Positions 8,941-19,100 of a stretch of DNA of 64,000 nt are shown piece by piece. The notes beneath the pieces were generated by a model. It did no database searches. It had not been told where the DNA came from and saw nothing but the letters and a program-made list of their open reading frames with translations. Made by a program: the position numbers and the translations under genes. Positions within the stretch are counted from its first letter, which is position 1; each line of letters opens with the position of its first letter. Origin of the DNA: a virus (lineage: Duplodnaviria > Caudoviricetes); the IMG/VR virus record IMGVR_UViG_3300044901_000083, positions 3,740 to 67,739 of that record; one strand, given 5' to 3'.

Positions 8941-11078
8941 GCGAAGGGCCCCTTCTTCCAGGAAGACCGCGTGTTGCCAGCGAAGTCGGTGGTGAAGTAG
9001 GCCGACAGGTCGACGCCAGTGTCAGGGGAACTCAGCAGCGCGTCGGCATAGTTGTAGGGCGCCGTAGTGGCGCGCAGGCCGGCGGCATTCGCGATGCCAG
9101 GGTTGTTCGCGGTTGATGTGCCGTCTGATCCCGTGGTGGATGCCCACGCCGCCAGCGTGCGCGCGACCGTCGAGCCGAATCCCGTGTTGAACCACGTGTT
9201 CGCCGACGTGCCCAGCATGTAGAACTGGTTCGCGTCGAGCGTTGCGAGCAGCTGAGTGCCGGAGGCGCCGATACCGGCCGCGAATTCCGATCGAGCCAGC
9301 GAGTACGAACCTCCGACGTCGTTGGCATTGCTGGTCGCCGGATCCGTGCCGTAGCCAATGATGACGTTGTTCTTGACGATCGAGCCGGTGTTGGTCGTGC
9401 CCTGCGCCTGGAAGAACAGGCCACGCGCCTCGGTGTTGCCGCCGGTCTGCGGCAGCACGATCAGGTTGTTGGCGACGATCCAGCTGCGCCAGCCAACGGT
9501 GCCCGTCACCGACTCGACGTAGTTGCGGATACCGAAGCGACCGTTGATCGAGATGTTGTTGTAGACCCTTGCGCCGGTGTTGTTGGCCGCGTGGTTGTCG
9601 CTCGACCCGTACTCGTCGGCGATCATGATGTTGGTCGTGTACTTCTGCATGTCATCCCAGGGATAGCCTCCGGTCCCTGGGGTGCTCTTGAGGCAGTCGG
9701 CCTCGCGCACGCTCCACGGCGTGCGGAACACGAAGCACTGACGGATGATGTCGTTCGGCTGGTTGTCGATGTACATATTCACCGACCAGTTGTCGAACGA
9801 GATGCACTGCTCGAAGATCGTGTTGCCGGTGCTGTATCCGGCCTCCGATCCGTAGCTGATGATCCCCTCGCCGCCGTTCATGTAGGCGACGGTTCCCACC
9901 ACGCGGTGGTTCAGCGTGTTCGCGGCGTTGCAGGCACCAGGCCAGCCGCCGCCGGCCTCGGCGTTGCCGTTGTTGCCGCGCGGCCAGTTGTTGAGGACGT
10001 TGTGGTAGATCCGGCAGCGGTCGACCAGCGAGTTCGTCTCGTAGCCGAAGGCGGTACCGGCCTTGCCGTTGAACTTGATGTCGCAGCGGCGCAGCGTGAT
10101 GTGGTCGCTCGCGCCAGTGCGGCCTGAGCCGGTGCGGTAGCTCCAGTACCCAGCGTTCGAGCTGCCGCGGATCGTCAGCCCGTCGAAGGTGATGTACGCG
10201 CAGTTCTCGGTGTAGACGTGGTGCTGGTCACCAGTGTTGGCGACGATGAACCAGTCGCTCGTGCTCGGGGTCTTGCTGCCAAAGTCGGCCCAGATGAAGT
10301 ACGTGTTGGGCGTGCCGCTGACGATCTCCCAGCCCCACTTGCCGGAACCGGACGTGATCGTGCTGGTGCTCGGCGTCTGCGCCGTGATGTTGGCGTTGCC
10401 GTTGTAGGTCTGCGGGATCTGCCGCAGCGGCACTTCATCGATGACGATGCCGGTTGGCACCCACCCGGCAGTGACCTGGGCGCGGTAGACCGAGGTCGTG
10501 CCTTGCTTGACCCAACTGGAATCCGTGACGTTGAACGCGCCACCATCCTGCGAGCCATCGATGATGACCTCGCCGTCGCCGTAGCTGCCGATCGTCGCCG
10601 GCTTTGCAGCCGTTCCTTTGGCGCCGGCCAGGTCGATCTTCTCGTGGTAGTAGCCCTTGCGGATGAGGATCGTGTCGCCGTTCGCCGGCGTCCACACCGA
10701 CAGCGCCTTCGCGATGGTGAGGAACGGCGTGCTCGCGCTTGTGCCGTTGTTGGTGTTCGAGCCGACCGGCGCGCCGTTGAGCGTGCCGCGCGCGTCGCTC
10801 TTGCCGCTGGAGACGTAGTAGGTGGTCCCGGTGCTCGATGGCGGCACGGCGGGAATGGCGCCATCCCACACCGGCCATGGCACGTAGGCGGAGAACGGGC
10901 CTCCGCTCTTGTTGAGCGTCGCCGCCTGCCCGAACAACGACAGCACACCATTGGCAATGGGGAGCCGTCGGCCGCCGAAGCTCAATGCGGCAGCCTGCCC
11001 CGCAATGAGCAGCGACACCGCCGAGGCCAGGATGGTCTTGGCGGTGCTTGGAAACGTGAGGCGCAGGCGGCGAGGCAT
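8937..11078 (-). CDS. Right-handed beta-helix (pectate-lyase-like) protein, putative depolymerase/adhesin
   Basis: TYYVSSG...NTNNGTSASTPFLTIAKA...GDTILIRKGYYHE; YITFDGLTIR; Asn-ladder repeats. Confidence 0.75.
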   Translation of the reverse strand: MPRRLRLTFPSTAKTILASAVSLLIAGQAAALSFGGRRLPIANGVLSLFGQAATLNKSGGPFSAYVPWPVWDGAIPAVPPSSTGTTYYVSSGKSDARGTLNGAPVGSNTNNGTSASTPFLTIAKALSVWTPANGDTILIRKGYYHEKIDLAGAKGTAAKPATIGSYGDGEVIIDGSQDGGAFNVTDSSWVKQGTTSVYRAQVTAGWVPTGIVIDEVPLRQIPQTYNGNANITAQTPSTSTITSGSGKWGWEIVSGTPNTYFIWADFGSKTPSTSDWFIVANTGDQHHVYTENCAYITFDGLTIRGSSNAGYWSYRTGSGRTGASDHITLRRCDIKFNGKAGTAFGYETNSLVDRCRIYHNVLNNWPRGNNGNAEAGGGWPGACNAANTLNHRVVGTVAYMNGGEGIISYGSEAGYSTGNTIFEQCISFDNWSVNMYIDNQPNDIIRQCFVFRTPWSVREADCLKSTPGTGGYPWDDMQKYTTNIMIADEYGSSDNHAANNTGARVYNNISINGRFGIRNYVESVTGTVGWRSWIVANNLIVLPQTGGNTEARGLFFQAQGTTNTGSIVKNNVIIGYGTDPATSNANDVGGSYSLARSEFAAGIGASGTQLLATLDANQFYMLGTSANTWFNTGFGSTVARTLAAWASTTGSDGTSTANNPGIANAAGLRATTAPYNYADALLSSPDTGVDLSAYFTTDFAGNTRSSWKKGPFA

Positions 11079-11503
11079 TACGCGACTTGGATCACGCCGT
11101 TGGTCTGGTCGAAGTCGACGGTGAACGTTTCGGTGTCGTTCAGCGTGACCGACGAGCCGTAGTCCCAGAAGCCAACCAGCGGCTTCGCGGGCGAGGCCTG
11201 CGTGTCGTTGTAGAGCACCGCGTAACGGAACGGACCGATCGAGCCACCAGCGGCAGTGAAGGTGATGTCCGAGCTCACGACGATCTTCTCGGTGCCGGAG
11301 CTGTTCGACTTCGTGATGGTGACCGCGGTGCCGCCGGCCGTGTAGCCATTGCCAGCGGCGATCTCGGTCAGGTTGCCCTTGATCGAGTTCGTCGCCACCG
11401 GCGCGACGTTGGTCAGCATCACCTTGTAGGTGTGAGACGAAAAGTCGTGCTTGCCGTTCGTCAGGTCGGTGGTGAACGCATTGAACTTGTTGAAGCCTGC
11501 CAT
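11078..11503 (-). CDS. Fibre-associated structural protein
   Basis: 141 aa; FRYAVLYNDT...LVGFWDYG...TFTVDF motif common before fibre genes. Confidence 0.6.
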   Translation of the reverse strand: MAGFNKFNAFTTDLTNGKHDFSSHTYKVMLTNVAPVATNSIKGNLTEIAAGNGYTAGGTAVTITKSNSSGTEKIVVSSDITFTAAGGSIGPFRYAVLYNDTQASPAKPLVGFWDYGSSVTLNDTETFTVDFDQTNGVIQVA

Positions 11504-11575
11504 GGCAGAACCCTTTCCTGGTTGAATAGAGAAGACCGGCAGGCGCTCAACAGTTGGTCCAGCGGTCCCATGGCG

Positions 11576-11591
11576 ACTATGGCGTCACGAC
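11576..11591 (-). promoter_or_regulatory. Late-type promoter motif
   Basis: GTCGTGA-CGC-CATAGT directly after a terminator; leadered transcript to 11503. Confidence 0.65.
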
Positions 11592-11620
11592 AAAACAAAA
11601 CCGCCGCACGAGGCGGCGGT
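11591..11620 (-). terminator. Intrinsic terminator after capsid operon
   Basis: ACCGCCGC-CTCGT-GCGGCGGT followed by TTTGTTTTG on minus strand. Confidence 0.7.
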
Positions 11621-11646
11621 CTGATTCGCGAACACTGGAGTGCAGT

Positions 11647-11883
11647 TCAGTACCGGCTTTCCAGATCCTTGAGCGTGACGTTCAGGCCCGGCGTGGTCAC
11701 CCACAGCGAGGTGTAGTTCGTGTCGGTGACGCCGGCGTCCGCATCGAGTTTGGCCGCGATGCCGACCACCGAGGCAGTCAGGAGGTTGACCTGCTTGATC
11801 AGCTCGGCCAGCACGTCGCCCATCTTCGCCCTGGCGGCGGCCGGCATGCTCTTGTTCAGCGCGTTTTGCCTGGTGGTTGGCAT
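11647..11883 (-). CDS. Small head-associated protein
   Basis: 78 aa; in capsid operon. Confidence 0.55.
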   Translation of the reverse strand: MPTTRQNALNKSMPAAARAKMGDVLAELIKQVNLLTASVVGIAAKLDADAGVTDTNYTSLWVTTPGLNVTLKDLESRY

Positions 11884-11914
11884 GATCGATCTCTTTCAGG
11901 AGTTGCGGGGTGGA

Positions 11915-12283
11915 TTACTGCTGGCCGGCGTTGTCCTGCTGACCAGAATCGCTCTGCTTGGCGGCGGCTTCCTGCGCAGCCTTCTCGTCCTCGGCGGCCT
12001 TGATCTCGGACTTCAGGCGATCGGCCTTCCAGTTGCCCTTGACCTTGATCCCCAGGGTCTCGGCCTTCGCGCGCAGCTCGTCGAGCTCGGTGTCATCGGC
12101 CGGCGCCTTCTGGGCGCTGCCGCCCACAAGCTCGTAGCCGGGGATGCTGACGAAGAAGTCGGCCTGTTCCTGGCTGATGTCCTCCGACACCATGCCGTGT
12201 TCGGCGCCATCGGGATGGGGGGCGAACCGCACGCCGCTGATTTCCTCGGAGGCGTTCGGGAGCTTGCAGATGACTTTGGGCAC
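11915..12283 (-). CDS. Head-associated protein with Rho-N/HeH-like tail
   Basis: 122 aa, AGGAG + GTG; LDELRAKAETLGIKVKGNWKADRLKSEI. Confidence 0.6.
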   Translation of the reverse strand: MPKVICKLPNASEEISGVRFAPHPDGAEHGMVSEDISQEQADFFVSIPGYELVGGSAQKAPADDTELDELRAKAETLGIKVKGNWKADRLKSEIKAAEDEKAAQEAAAKQSDSGQQDNAGQQ

Positions 12284-12357
12284 GTGAATCTCCTTTGAGA
12301 AGGCCCGACCCCTGCAGGAGGGATCGGGCCTGGTGAATTGCCGTCAGGCGTGGTTGA

Positions 12358-13857
12358 TCACTCGGCAGTGAAGGGGCGCCACACGGCCTTGGACGGCAGC
12401 ACGTTCTTGATGTAGCCGTGGTGCTTCGGCTTGGTGATCCGCAGGTAGCCGAACAGGAACTGGAACCAGCTGATCACCGGCACGCCGCCGATGCCGAACG
12501 GCAGCGGGATCTTGGTCATCGGCTGGAACTGGCGCCAGCCGATGGCGTCGGCACCCGGCGACAGGTTCAGCAGCGGCACCTTCACCGTGCCGGGGATGTC
12601 GCGGTTGCGGTCCACGTAGGTCGTGGTCGCGCCGGTCTTCTTCACCACCGCCATCAGGCGGAAGTTCGCCGTGGTGTTGTCGCCGTTCTGCTTCGAGCGG
12701 AAGATGCGGTAGCCGGTCTCGGTGGTGGCCGCCGACTGGGTGATCGTCAGCGTCACGGCCTGGCCCGCCGTCACCGCGATCTGCGCGCTCTTGGTGACCT
12801 GGGTCATGCCCTCGCCGTTGGCGCCGATCGCCTCGACCGCGTAGTAGTAGTTGCCGGCGCGGCTGGCGGTGAACATCGACTGCGAGTCGGAGCCGGCGCT
12901 GCCGGTCAGGCTGGCCGGCTTGAACGCGACGTTGGCGGTTGCGGTAGAGGAGAACGTCACCTCGAACGGCGACACCATCGGGTGGCCCTCGTCGTGGATG
13001 AACGTGTCCTCGTTCGTCTTCAGCACGCCGCCTTGCAGGCGGATGCCTTCGACGTGGCCGCCGATCATCGGCGTGTTGTTGCCGCCAGGCATCCAGCGGA
13101 ACGCCGGATCCAGGTTCTGGTTCAGGTCGTTCTGCACGCTCAGCGGCAGGAACACGTCGGTCGAACGACCCCACGAGCCGTAGCGGCTGACCGCCACGTT
13201 CACCTGGGAGAACGGCTCGACGGTGTTCAGCGGCTTGCCGTCCATGTCGATCACGCTGTCGCCGGCCATGTCGCCAGCGGCGATCGCGGCGTCGATCTCG
13301 GCGAAGATGCCGTTGAACTGCGTCGGGCTGGCCGCGGCGTTGCCGTGGAACAGCAGGTACTCGGCGTCGGTGAGCAGCTGCAGAGCGCCGTTGCGCTCCT
13401 CGACCGCGGTGGCGTCGGCGATGTTCTTGCCGATGTTCAGGACGTAGCCGACCTGACGCAGCGACATCAGGAACTTCACCAGACCGACTTCACGGCTGTA
13501 GTCGCCCTGCGCCGCGCGCACGACGCCCATCTGGGTGTTCGTGCTGCCGCCGAGGAAGCCGCCGATGTTGTTCTGGCGGGTGTACTCGTCGACGATGTTG
13601 GTCGCGTTGGTCTTCTGCAGGCGGTTGAACAGCACGAAGTGCTGGTTCTCCTGGATCGTGGTCTTCATCGCCGTGTCCAGCGACTGCACGCCCAGCGCAC
13701 CACCACCGGTCAGGGTGGCGACGTCGGTCTGGTAGTCGCTGGCCTGCAGGGCTTTCTGCAGCTCCTCGAATGCCGCAAGGGCGCCGCCTTGCGAGCCGCC
13801 CAGGGTCGGGATCGCGCCACCAGGAGCGACACCGGAGAATTGGTTCAGGATGTTCAT
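12358..13857 (-). CDS. Major capsid protein (SPO1/K/A511-like)
   Basis: 499 aa; GGALGVQSLDTAMKT, EYLLFHGNAAASPTQFNGI, WRQFQPMTKIPL; follows protease and scaffold. Confidence 0.85.
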   Translation of the reverse strand: MNILNQFSGVAPGGAIPTLGGSQGGALAAFEELQKALQASDYQTDVATLTGGGALGVQSLDTAMKTTIQENQHFVLFNRLQKTNATNIVDEYTRQNNIGGFLGGSTNTQMGVVRAAQGDYSREVGLVKFLMSLRQVGYVLNIGKNIADATAVEERNGALQLLTDAEYLLFHGNAAASPTQFNGIFAEIDAAIAAGDMAGDSVIDMDGKPLNTVEPFSQVNVAVSRYGSWGRSTDVFLPLSVQNDLNQNLDPAFRWMPGGNNTPMIGGHVEGIRLQGGVLKTNEDTFIHDEGHPMVSPFEVTFSSTATANVAFKPASLTGSAGSDSQSMFTASRAGNYYYAVEAIGANGEGMTQVTKSAQIAVTAGQAVTLTITQSAATTETGYRIFRSKQNGDNTTANFRLMAVVKKTGATTTYVDRNRDIPGTVKVPLLNLSPGADAIGWRQFQPMTKIPLPFGIGGVPVISWFQFLFGYLRITKPKHHGYIKNVLPSKAVWRPFTAE

Positions 13858-13900
13858 GTAGTCCTCTCGTGAGTCCTCGTTGCGGTGTTGCTCGTGACCG

Positions 13901-14554
13901 TCAGGCGGCGGGCACGATCTTCTGGATCAGCGCCGGTTCGATCGCCCAGCCGTTGCGCAGGCACACGTCGACCGTGTTCAGTTCGCGGCCGGTGAGCTTG
14001 CCGGCCTCGAATGCGGAGTTGGCTTTCAGCATGAACTCCTGCGGAGTGATGCCGTCCTGCTGGCCGCCCTTGGCGAGCGTGGTGTCGGTCTGCTTCTCGG
14101 TGACGACCACCGTGGCCTTGCGACCGCGGCCTTCGCCGCCGAGCTTCTTGACCTGCTCGGTGAGCGACTTCAGCAGGTCGCCCTGCTGCTTCAGGATGGC
14201 CGACTGGCTCTTGATCAGCGCCACCGCGCCGCCCAGCGCCTTCGCCATCGTGCCTTCGGTGGCGTCCAGGCGATCGGTCAGGGCCTTCACCAGGGCGGTG
14301 CCGTCCTCGGCTTCCACCTCGGTGCCGTCGGCGAGCTTCACCTTGAAGGACTTCGCCATCGGCTCGTCCTTGTCTTCGCCGCCCTTGTCGTCGGCGTCCG
14401 CGTTTTCCTGGCTCTTGTCGTCGCCGTCCGCAGCAGCGGCTTGGATCTTTTCGTCATCCTCGCCATCCGCCGTCGGGAGCGCTTTCGCCAGGGCCTCGTT
14501 GTCCGCCGTCAGACCTTCGATGTCCTTCAGCAGATTGTCGAATTGACCACTCAT
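13901..14554 (-). CDS. Scaffold protein
   Basis: Acidic/helical 217 aa between protease and capsid; seven K-A/K-S sites. Confidence 0.7.
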   Translation of the reverse strand: MSGQFDNLLKDIEGLTADNEALAKALPTADGEDDEKIQAAAADGDDKSQENADADDKGGEDKDEPMAKSFKVKLADGTEVEAEDGTALVKALTDRLDATEGTMAKALGGAVALIKSQSAILKQQGDLLKSLTEQVKKLGGEGRGRKATVVVTEKQTDTTLAKGGQQDGITPQEFMLKANSAFEAGKLTGRELNTVDVCLRNGWAIEPALIQKIVPAA

Positions 14555-15435
14555 GGATTGCTCCGTTTGTTGAGACCGTTTTTCAAATCGCGCAGAAAGC
14601 GCTCCACGTACTCGGCGGCCTCGTCATGAGACATGCCGAACCGCTCCACGGCGTGGGCGACCAGATCGCCCGCGCGAGGATTCTTCACAGCGCCAGACCG
14701 AACTTCGCCGGCCAGCTTTTCGCGGAAGTCCCAGTAGCTGGAGACGCCGCGATCCAGGGACTGCATGCCGAGCGCCGCGCCGCCGGTTTTGGCGCCGGCG
14801 TCGGTGGCATAGCTGGCTTCGAGGGCCTTCACGATCACGAAGCCGCCCAGGGCCTTCGTGAACGTGCCCACCGGCGCGGTGCTGACCGTACCGACGGACT
14901 TGTTGACCGGCGTGCGCGACAGCGCCGTGTTGTTCCAGCGCACGCGCTCGATCACCGCAACCTTCTCGCCGGTGACCGGATCGAGCTTCACGCTCTTGGC
15001 GAGCACCGCACCGCCGACGCTCGGGTACCAGCTCGCCGGCGGCTGCTGCTTGGTGATGCTGTCCCACACCATGTCGGCGTTGCGCGCCATCGCGCTGGAG
15101 CCCGAGTAGAGCTCTGCCTTCACAAAGGTGCGCTTGCCGTTGACCTGCACCTCGCACGGCTTGCCGACCTCGTACTCGTGGTAGTTCGGAATGCCGGCCT
15201 TGGCGCCGATGACCGTGAAGTGCTCCAGGTCGATGTTGCCGTGGCGCAGGTAGTAGTCCGACGAGGCCTGCAGCGCCTTCTGCAGCACCACCTCGTTTTG
15301 GTGGTCGCGGTCCTCGTTGCTGGCCTCGAAGTAGAGAATGCGCCGCCCGCCGTCCTCTGACGGTGTGGCTTTCAGCAGGCCGCCGACCGAGATGAACTCG
15401 GGCACGGCAGCCAGCAGGTCGGCGTCTTGCAACAT
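14551..15435 (-). CDS. Prohead protease
   Basis: ASNEDRDHQNEVVLQKAL, GNIDLEH, SVGG; position typical of herpes-fold prohead proteases. Confidence 0.75.
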   Translation of the reverse strand: MLQDADLLAAVPEFISVGGLLKATPSEDGGRRILYFEASNEDRDHQNEVVLQKALQASSDYYLRHGNIDLEHFTVIGAKAGIPNYHEYEVGKPCEVQVNGKRTFVKAELYSGSSAMARNADMVWDSITKQQPPASWYPSVGGAVLAKSVKLDPVTGEKVAVIERVRWNNTALSRTPVNKSVGTVSTAPVGTFTKALGGFVIVKALEASYATDAGAKTGGAALGMQSLDRGVSSYWDFREKLAGEVRSGAVKNPRAGDLVAHAVERFGMSHDEAAEYVERFLRDLKNGLNKRSNP

Positions 15436-15441
15436 GCGCGC

Positions 15442-15457
15442 AGCATGTCGTCACGAC
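15442..15457 (-). promoter_or_regulatory. Late-type promoter motif
   Basis: GTCGTGA-CGA-CATGCT, 6 nt before ATG 15435. Confidence 0.7.
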
Positions 15458-15482
15458 TCATGCGACGTGTGCGCGCACGCAC

Positions 15483-15506
15483 AAAAAAGGCCGCTCGAAA
15501 GCGGCC
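15483..15506 (-). terminator. Intrinsic terminator
   Basis: GGCCGC-TTTCGA-GCGGCC followed by TTTTTT on minus strand. Confidence 0.75.
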
Positions 15507-15528
15507 AAGGGTCCACCGGTAGCGTGGT

Positions 15529-15783
15529 TCAGTTCAGATGCTGGCGCGCCTGCGCGATCACCTGGTGGAGCTTGCCGCGCTCCAGCACGAGCTCCTGATA
15601 GCGCGTCGGCGCATCGTCGTCGTGCGCCAGGGCGGCGGTGCGCAGCTTCTGCAGCTCGACCTCCACCTCCTGCAGGCGCTTCTCCGCGCGCTCCAGGATC
15701 TGCCGCTCGGCCTGCTCAACCTGCGCGGACATCGCGCCGAGCTCGCCCAGCTGGCGACGGGTGTCGTTGATTGCGGGCTTCAT
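15529..15783 (-). CDS. Hypothetical coiled-coil protein
   Basis: 84 aa helical ORF. Confidence 0.55.
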   Translation of the reverse strand: MKPAINDTRRQLGELGAMSAQVEQAERQILERAEKRLQEVEVELQKLRTAALAHDDDAPTRYQELVLERGKLHQVIAQARQHLN

Positions 15784-15907
15784 TCGACCGCCTTGCGCGC
15801 AGCGTAGCTGGCGTGGAAGTGGGCGGCGCCACGGACCGTCGCGAAGCCGACCAGCTGAGGGCCCGCCGACATTGCGGCCAGCGCCGCCATGTAGATCGGG
15901 CGCAGCT

Positions 15908-16165
15908 TCACTTGCGCACCTCGGCCAGGCACTGGGCCCTCAGATCGGCGCGCGTGATCGCATAGCATGTGCCGGCGTCGCGCCGCGCTTTCGCCAGGCA
16001 GTAGGTGCGCGCGTCTGGGTCGTTGATGACCTGGCAGCCGCTGGCGTCCGCCGCGCGCGCCGGCGCCACGAGCAGCGCGGCCACAGACAACACCGCCGGC
16101 GCGAGGATCGACAGCAGCGCCAGCCAGAGCGTTGCACGGACGGCGGGAGCGGTGGGCGTGTTCAT
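15908..16165 (-). CDS. Small secreted Cys-repeat protein
   Basis: Signal peptide then two CxxIxxxDxRxxCLA repeats. Confidence 0.6.
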   Translation of the reverse strand: MNTPTAPAVRATLWLALLSILAPAVLSVAALLVAPARAADASGCQVINDPDARTYCLAKARRDAGTCYAITRADLRAQCLAEVRK

Positions 16166-16177
16166 GGTGGAAGTGTC

Positions 16178-19100
16178 TCAAAAAAGATCAGCGTTCGCAA
16201 CCTGCCGTTGCTTCAGGTAGTACGCCACACCGGTGTCGTCCAGGCCTTCCATCGGGCTCGTCATCAGGTCGCGCAGGCCGTACTTCTTCTGCAGCCGGTC
16301 GCGCGCCTTGTGGATCTCCGGGTGATCCGGCACCGCGTCGATCAGCTCGACGTCGTTCTTCTGGCCGGTGCGGAAGATGCGCCCGCGGCGCTGCGCATGC
16401 GTCATGGCCGTGTCCGGCGTGTCGGCCTGGTACAGCCACTGCCCGCGCTGCAGGTTCATGCCGGTGGCGCCGGCGTCCGAGGCCACCAGGATGTCGGCCT
16501 CGGCCTCGCCCTTCTCCGGCCGGAACATCAGCCGCTTGCGCTCCTTCTCCTTCGCGCTGTCGGCTCCGGTGATCACCACGACGCGATGGCCTTCCTTCTT
16601 CAGCCGCTCGGCGATCGTCTGCACCTGGCGCAGCGAATGCGCGAACACCACGCCGGGCTTGCCCTTGCGCTCGGCGGCGTGCTTGGCGATGTCGTCGAGC
16701 ACCGGGTTGTCGGGGTGTTCGTTGATCACGCGGCGCACCGCGGCGGACTTCAGGATGCCGAGGTTCTTCTGCAGGTCTTTGGCGACGGCCTCGTGCTGGT
16801 CAGCTGGAACGCCGTCGAATGAGCCGGGCGAGATCGCTTTCATCGCGTCGACCGCCACCTTCCCCTGCATGCGCGCCATACGCGCCGCCGCGAAGTTCCT
16901 GTCGAGCTCGCCGAGCGCCTGGCGCTGGCCGGCGGACAGCGGCAGCTTCGATTCCTTGCGGTCGGCGCGCACGTCGGGGTCGATCTTGCTCGGGTAGACG
17001 TGGCGCGCCATCTCGCGCTTCAGAGCGTCCTTGGCCGCCAAGGTGTCGGCGCCGTAGCGGCGCATGAACGCCGCGCGGTCGTTGTAGCGCGCCGGGTCCA
17101 TCTTGCGCAGCAGGTCGAACACCTCGCTGGCGTCGTTTTTCACCGGGTCGCCGGAGGCGAGCAGGTAGTTCGGCGTGTGGTGCGACAGCGCGTCCACCAC
17201 GTTCGCCAGGCCGCTGTTCTCCTTCCCGGCGCGGTTCAGCACGTTCTGGCTCTCGTCGACCGTCAGGTAGTCGAAGCTGATGCCCTCGCGCTGCAGCTGC
17301 TCGCCCATCCAGGCCTTGCGCTCGTCGTCACGCATCGCGCTGACACGATCGGCCATTTCCTGCTCGCTGATGCCGGCATGCTTGGCGCCCAGGTGCATCA
17401 TGTCGTCGCGGAACGACTGGTGCGTCATCACGGCGAAGTGCTTGGCGGGATCCTTGTAGGCGGCGATGCGCTCCTCGCGGCTGGCGCCCGGCTCGCAGTG
17501 CCAGCTGAATTTGCCCGGCTCCAGGTAGCGCAGCGCCTCGCCACCGAACTGCCCCTGCACCACGCTCGGCACCAGGAACAGGCCGCGCTTGGCCTTGCCC
17601 TGCTCGTGCAGGTGCGTGAACGCCGCCATCTGCAGCAGCGTCTTGCCGCTGCCGGTGCCGAAGGCGGCCACCACGCGCTTGTTGGCGTCGACCAGCTTCA
17701 CCAGTCGCTGACGCGCGGCGTTCTTGCCGCCGCTCATCGTCGGCTCCCAGAGGCGCAGCGGCTTTCCGGGTTTGAAGTTTGCGCCCACCTTTCCCATCAT
17801 CCCGGCGATCTGCCGCTCGGCGATGTGGCCGATGGTGTGTCGCTCGTCGCCGGAGAGCTCGATCGGCTTGTCGGCGCCGACGGCCTGCGGCGCCTCCTCG
17901 GCCGAGAAGAATCCCATCTGCGCCTGCTCGAAGGCCTCACGCTGCTCGCGCGCCGCGTCCAGCTTCTCGCTGACGCTGCCGGAGGCATAGCGGCCGTCCG
18001 CGCGCTCGCGCAGGCTGTCCACCAGGGCGCGGTGCTGCTGCTCGCGCCGCTCGCGCGCCGCCGGATCGGTGGCGTCGAGGTGGCGCAGGTTGTTGCGGAT
18101 CACCGTCTTGCCCACCTTCAGCGGCGCATCCGGCTTCAGCCGGTTGTGGTGCTCCACGAAGGCCTTGCCGACCTTCGACTTGATCAGATCCTGCACCGCC
18201 TCGTAGGCGCGCTCGTGGCCGCCCATGGCCGCGGTGTACTTGGACCAGTCGAGCGACGCCGCGTTGACCTGGCCGGCCAGCTCGTCGCGTCGCGCGCGCC
18301 ACTCGCCATGCTCCGGGTTCGGCACCGTATCGCCGAACATATCCGTGGTCTCGGCGGCCGGCTCGGCCGCCTGGTGCTGCTCCAGCTCGCGCCGCAGCGC
18401 GCCGGCCTCTGGCGATTCATTGGCGATGTGCTGGTAGAAGTGCTCGCGCAGCGCGCGCTGGTCCTCGTGCGTCAGCTCGCCGATCTGCTTGTAGGCGGCC
18501 ACGCCGTCCGGGTGCTCGGCCAGGGCCCGGTGCAGCGCGTCCACCGCCTTGTCGTTCACCTCGAACTGCTGGCGGTGCAGTGGCGCTCGCGCGCCGCCAT
18601 GCCGGCGCTGCACGAACTCGTCGGCCAGCTGGTTGAAGTGCTCGGCCAGCGCCTCGGCGCGCTGCATCTTGCCGTCCTCACCCTTCAGCGGCGCCACAGC
18701 GTCCAGCGCCTGACGGTAGGACTCGGCACGGTCGAAGCCGACGCGCTGGAAGAAGTCGGCCGACTGGATGTCGGCCACGATGTCGCCCGGCGCGTCGCCG
18801 TCGGCCGCCCGGCCGCCGATGTAGTCGCGCAGGGCCTGCTCCAGGTTGTCGCCGGGCTGGAACGGCTCGGCCAGGCGCGGAGCCACGCCGGGCTTGACGT
18901 CCATCACCAGGTCCGGCCGGCGCGCGACGCCCTGCGGCAGCCAGCCGTCCTCGTCGTGGTCGCCGCGGATGATCGCCAGGTTGCGCTGCACCTGCTCGAT
19001 GTCCGCGCGCGCGATCGGCTTCGCCAGGCGGTCCAGGCCCTCGGCGTTGACGGTCAGGAACGTGTCGCCGGCGACTTGCTCGATGGTGTAGTCGCCGCGC

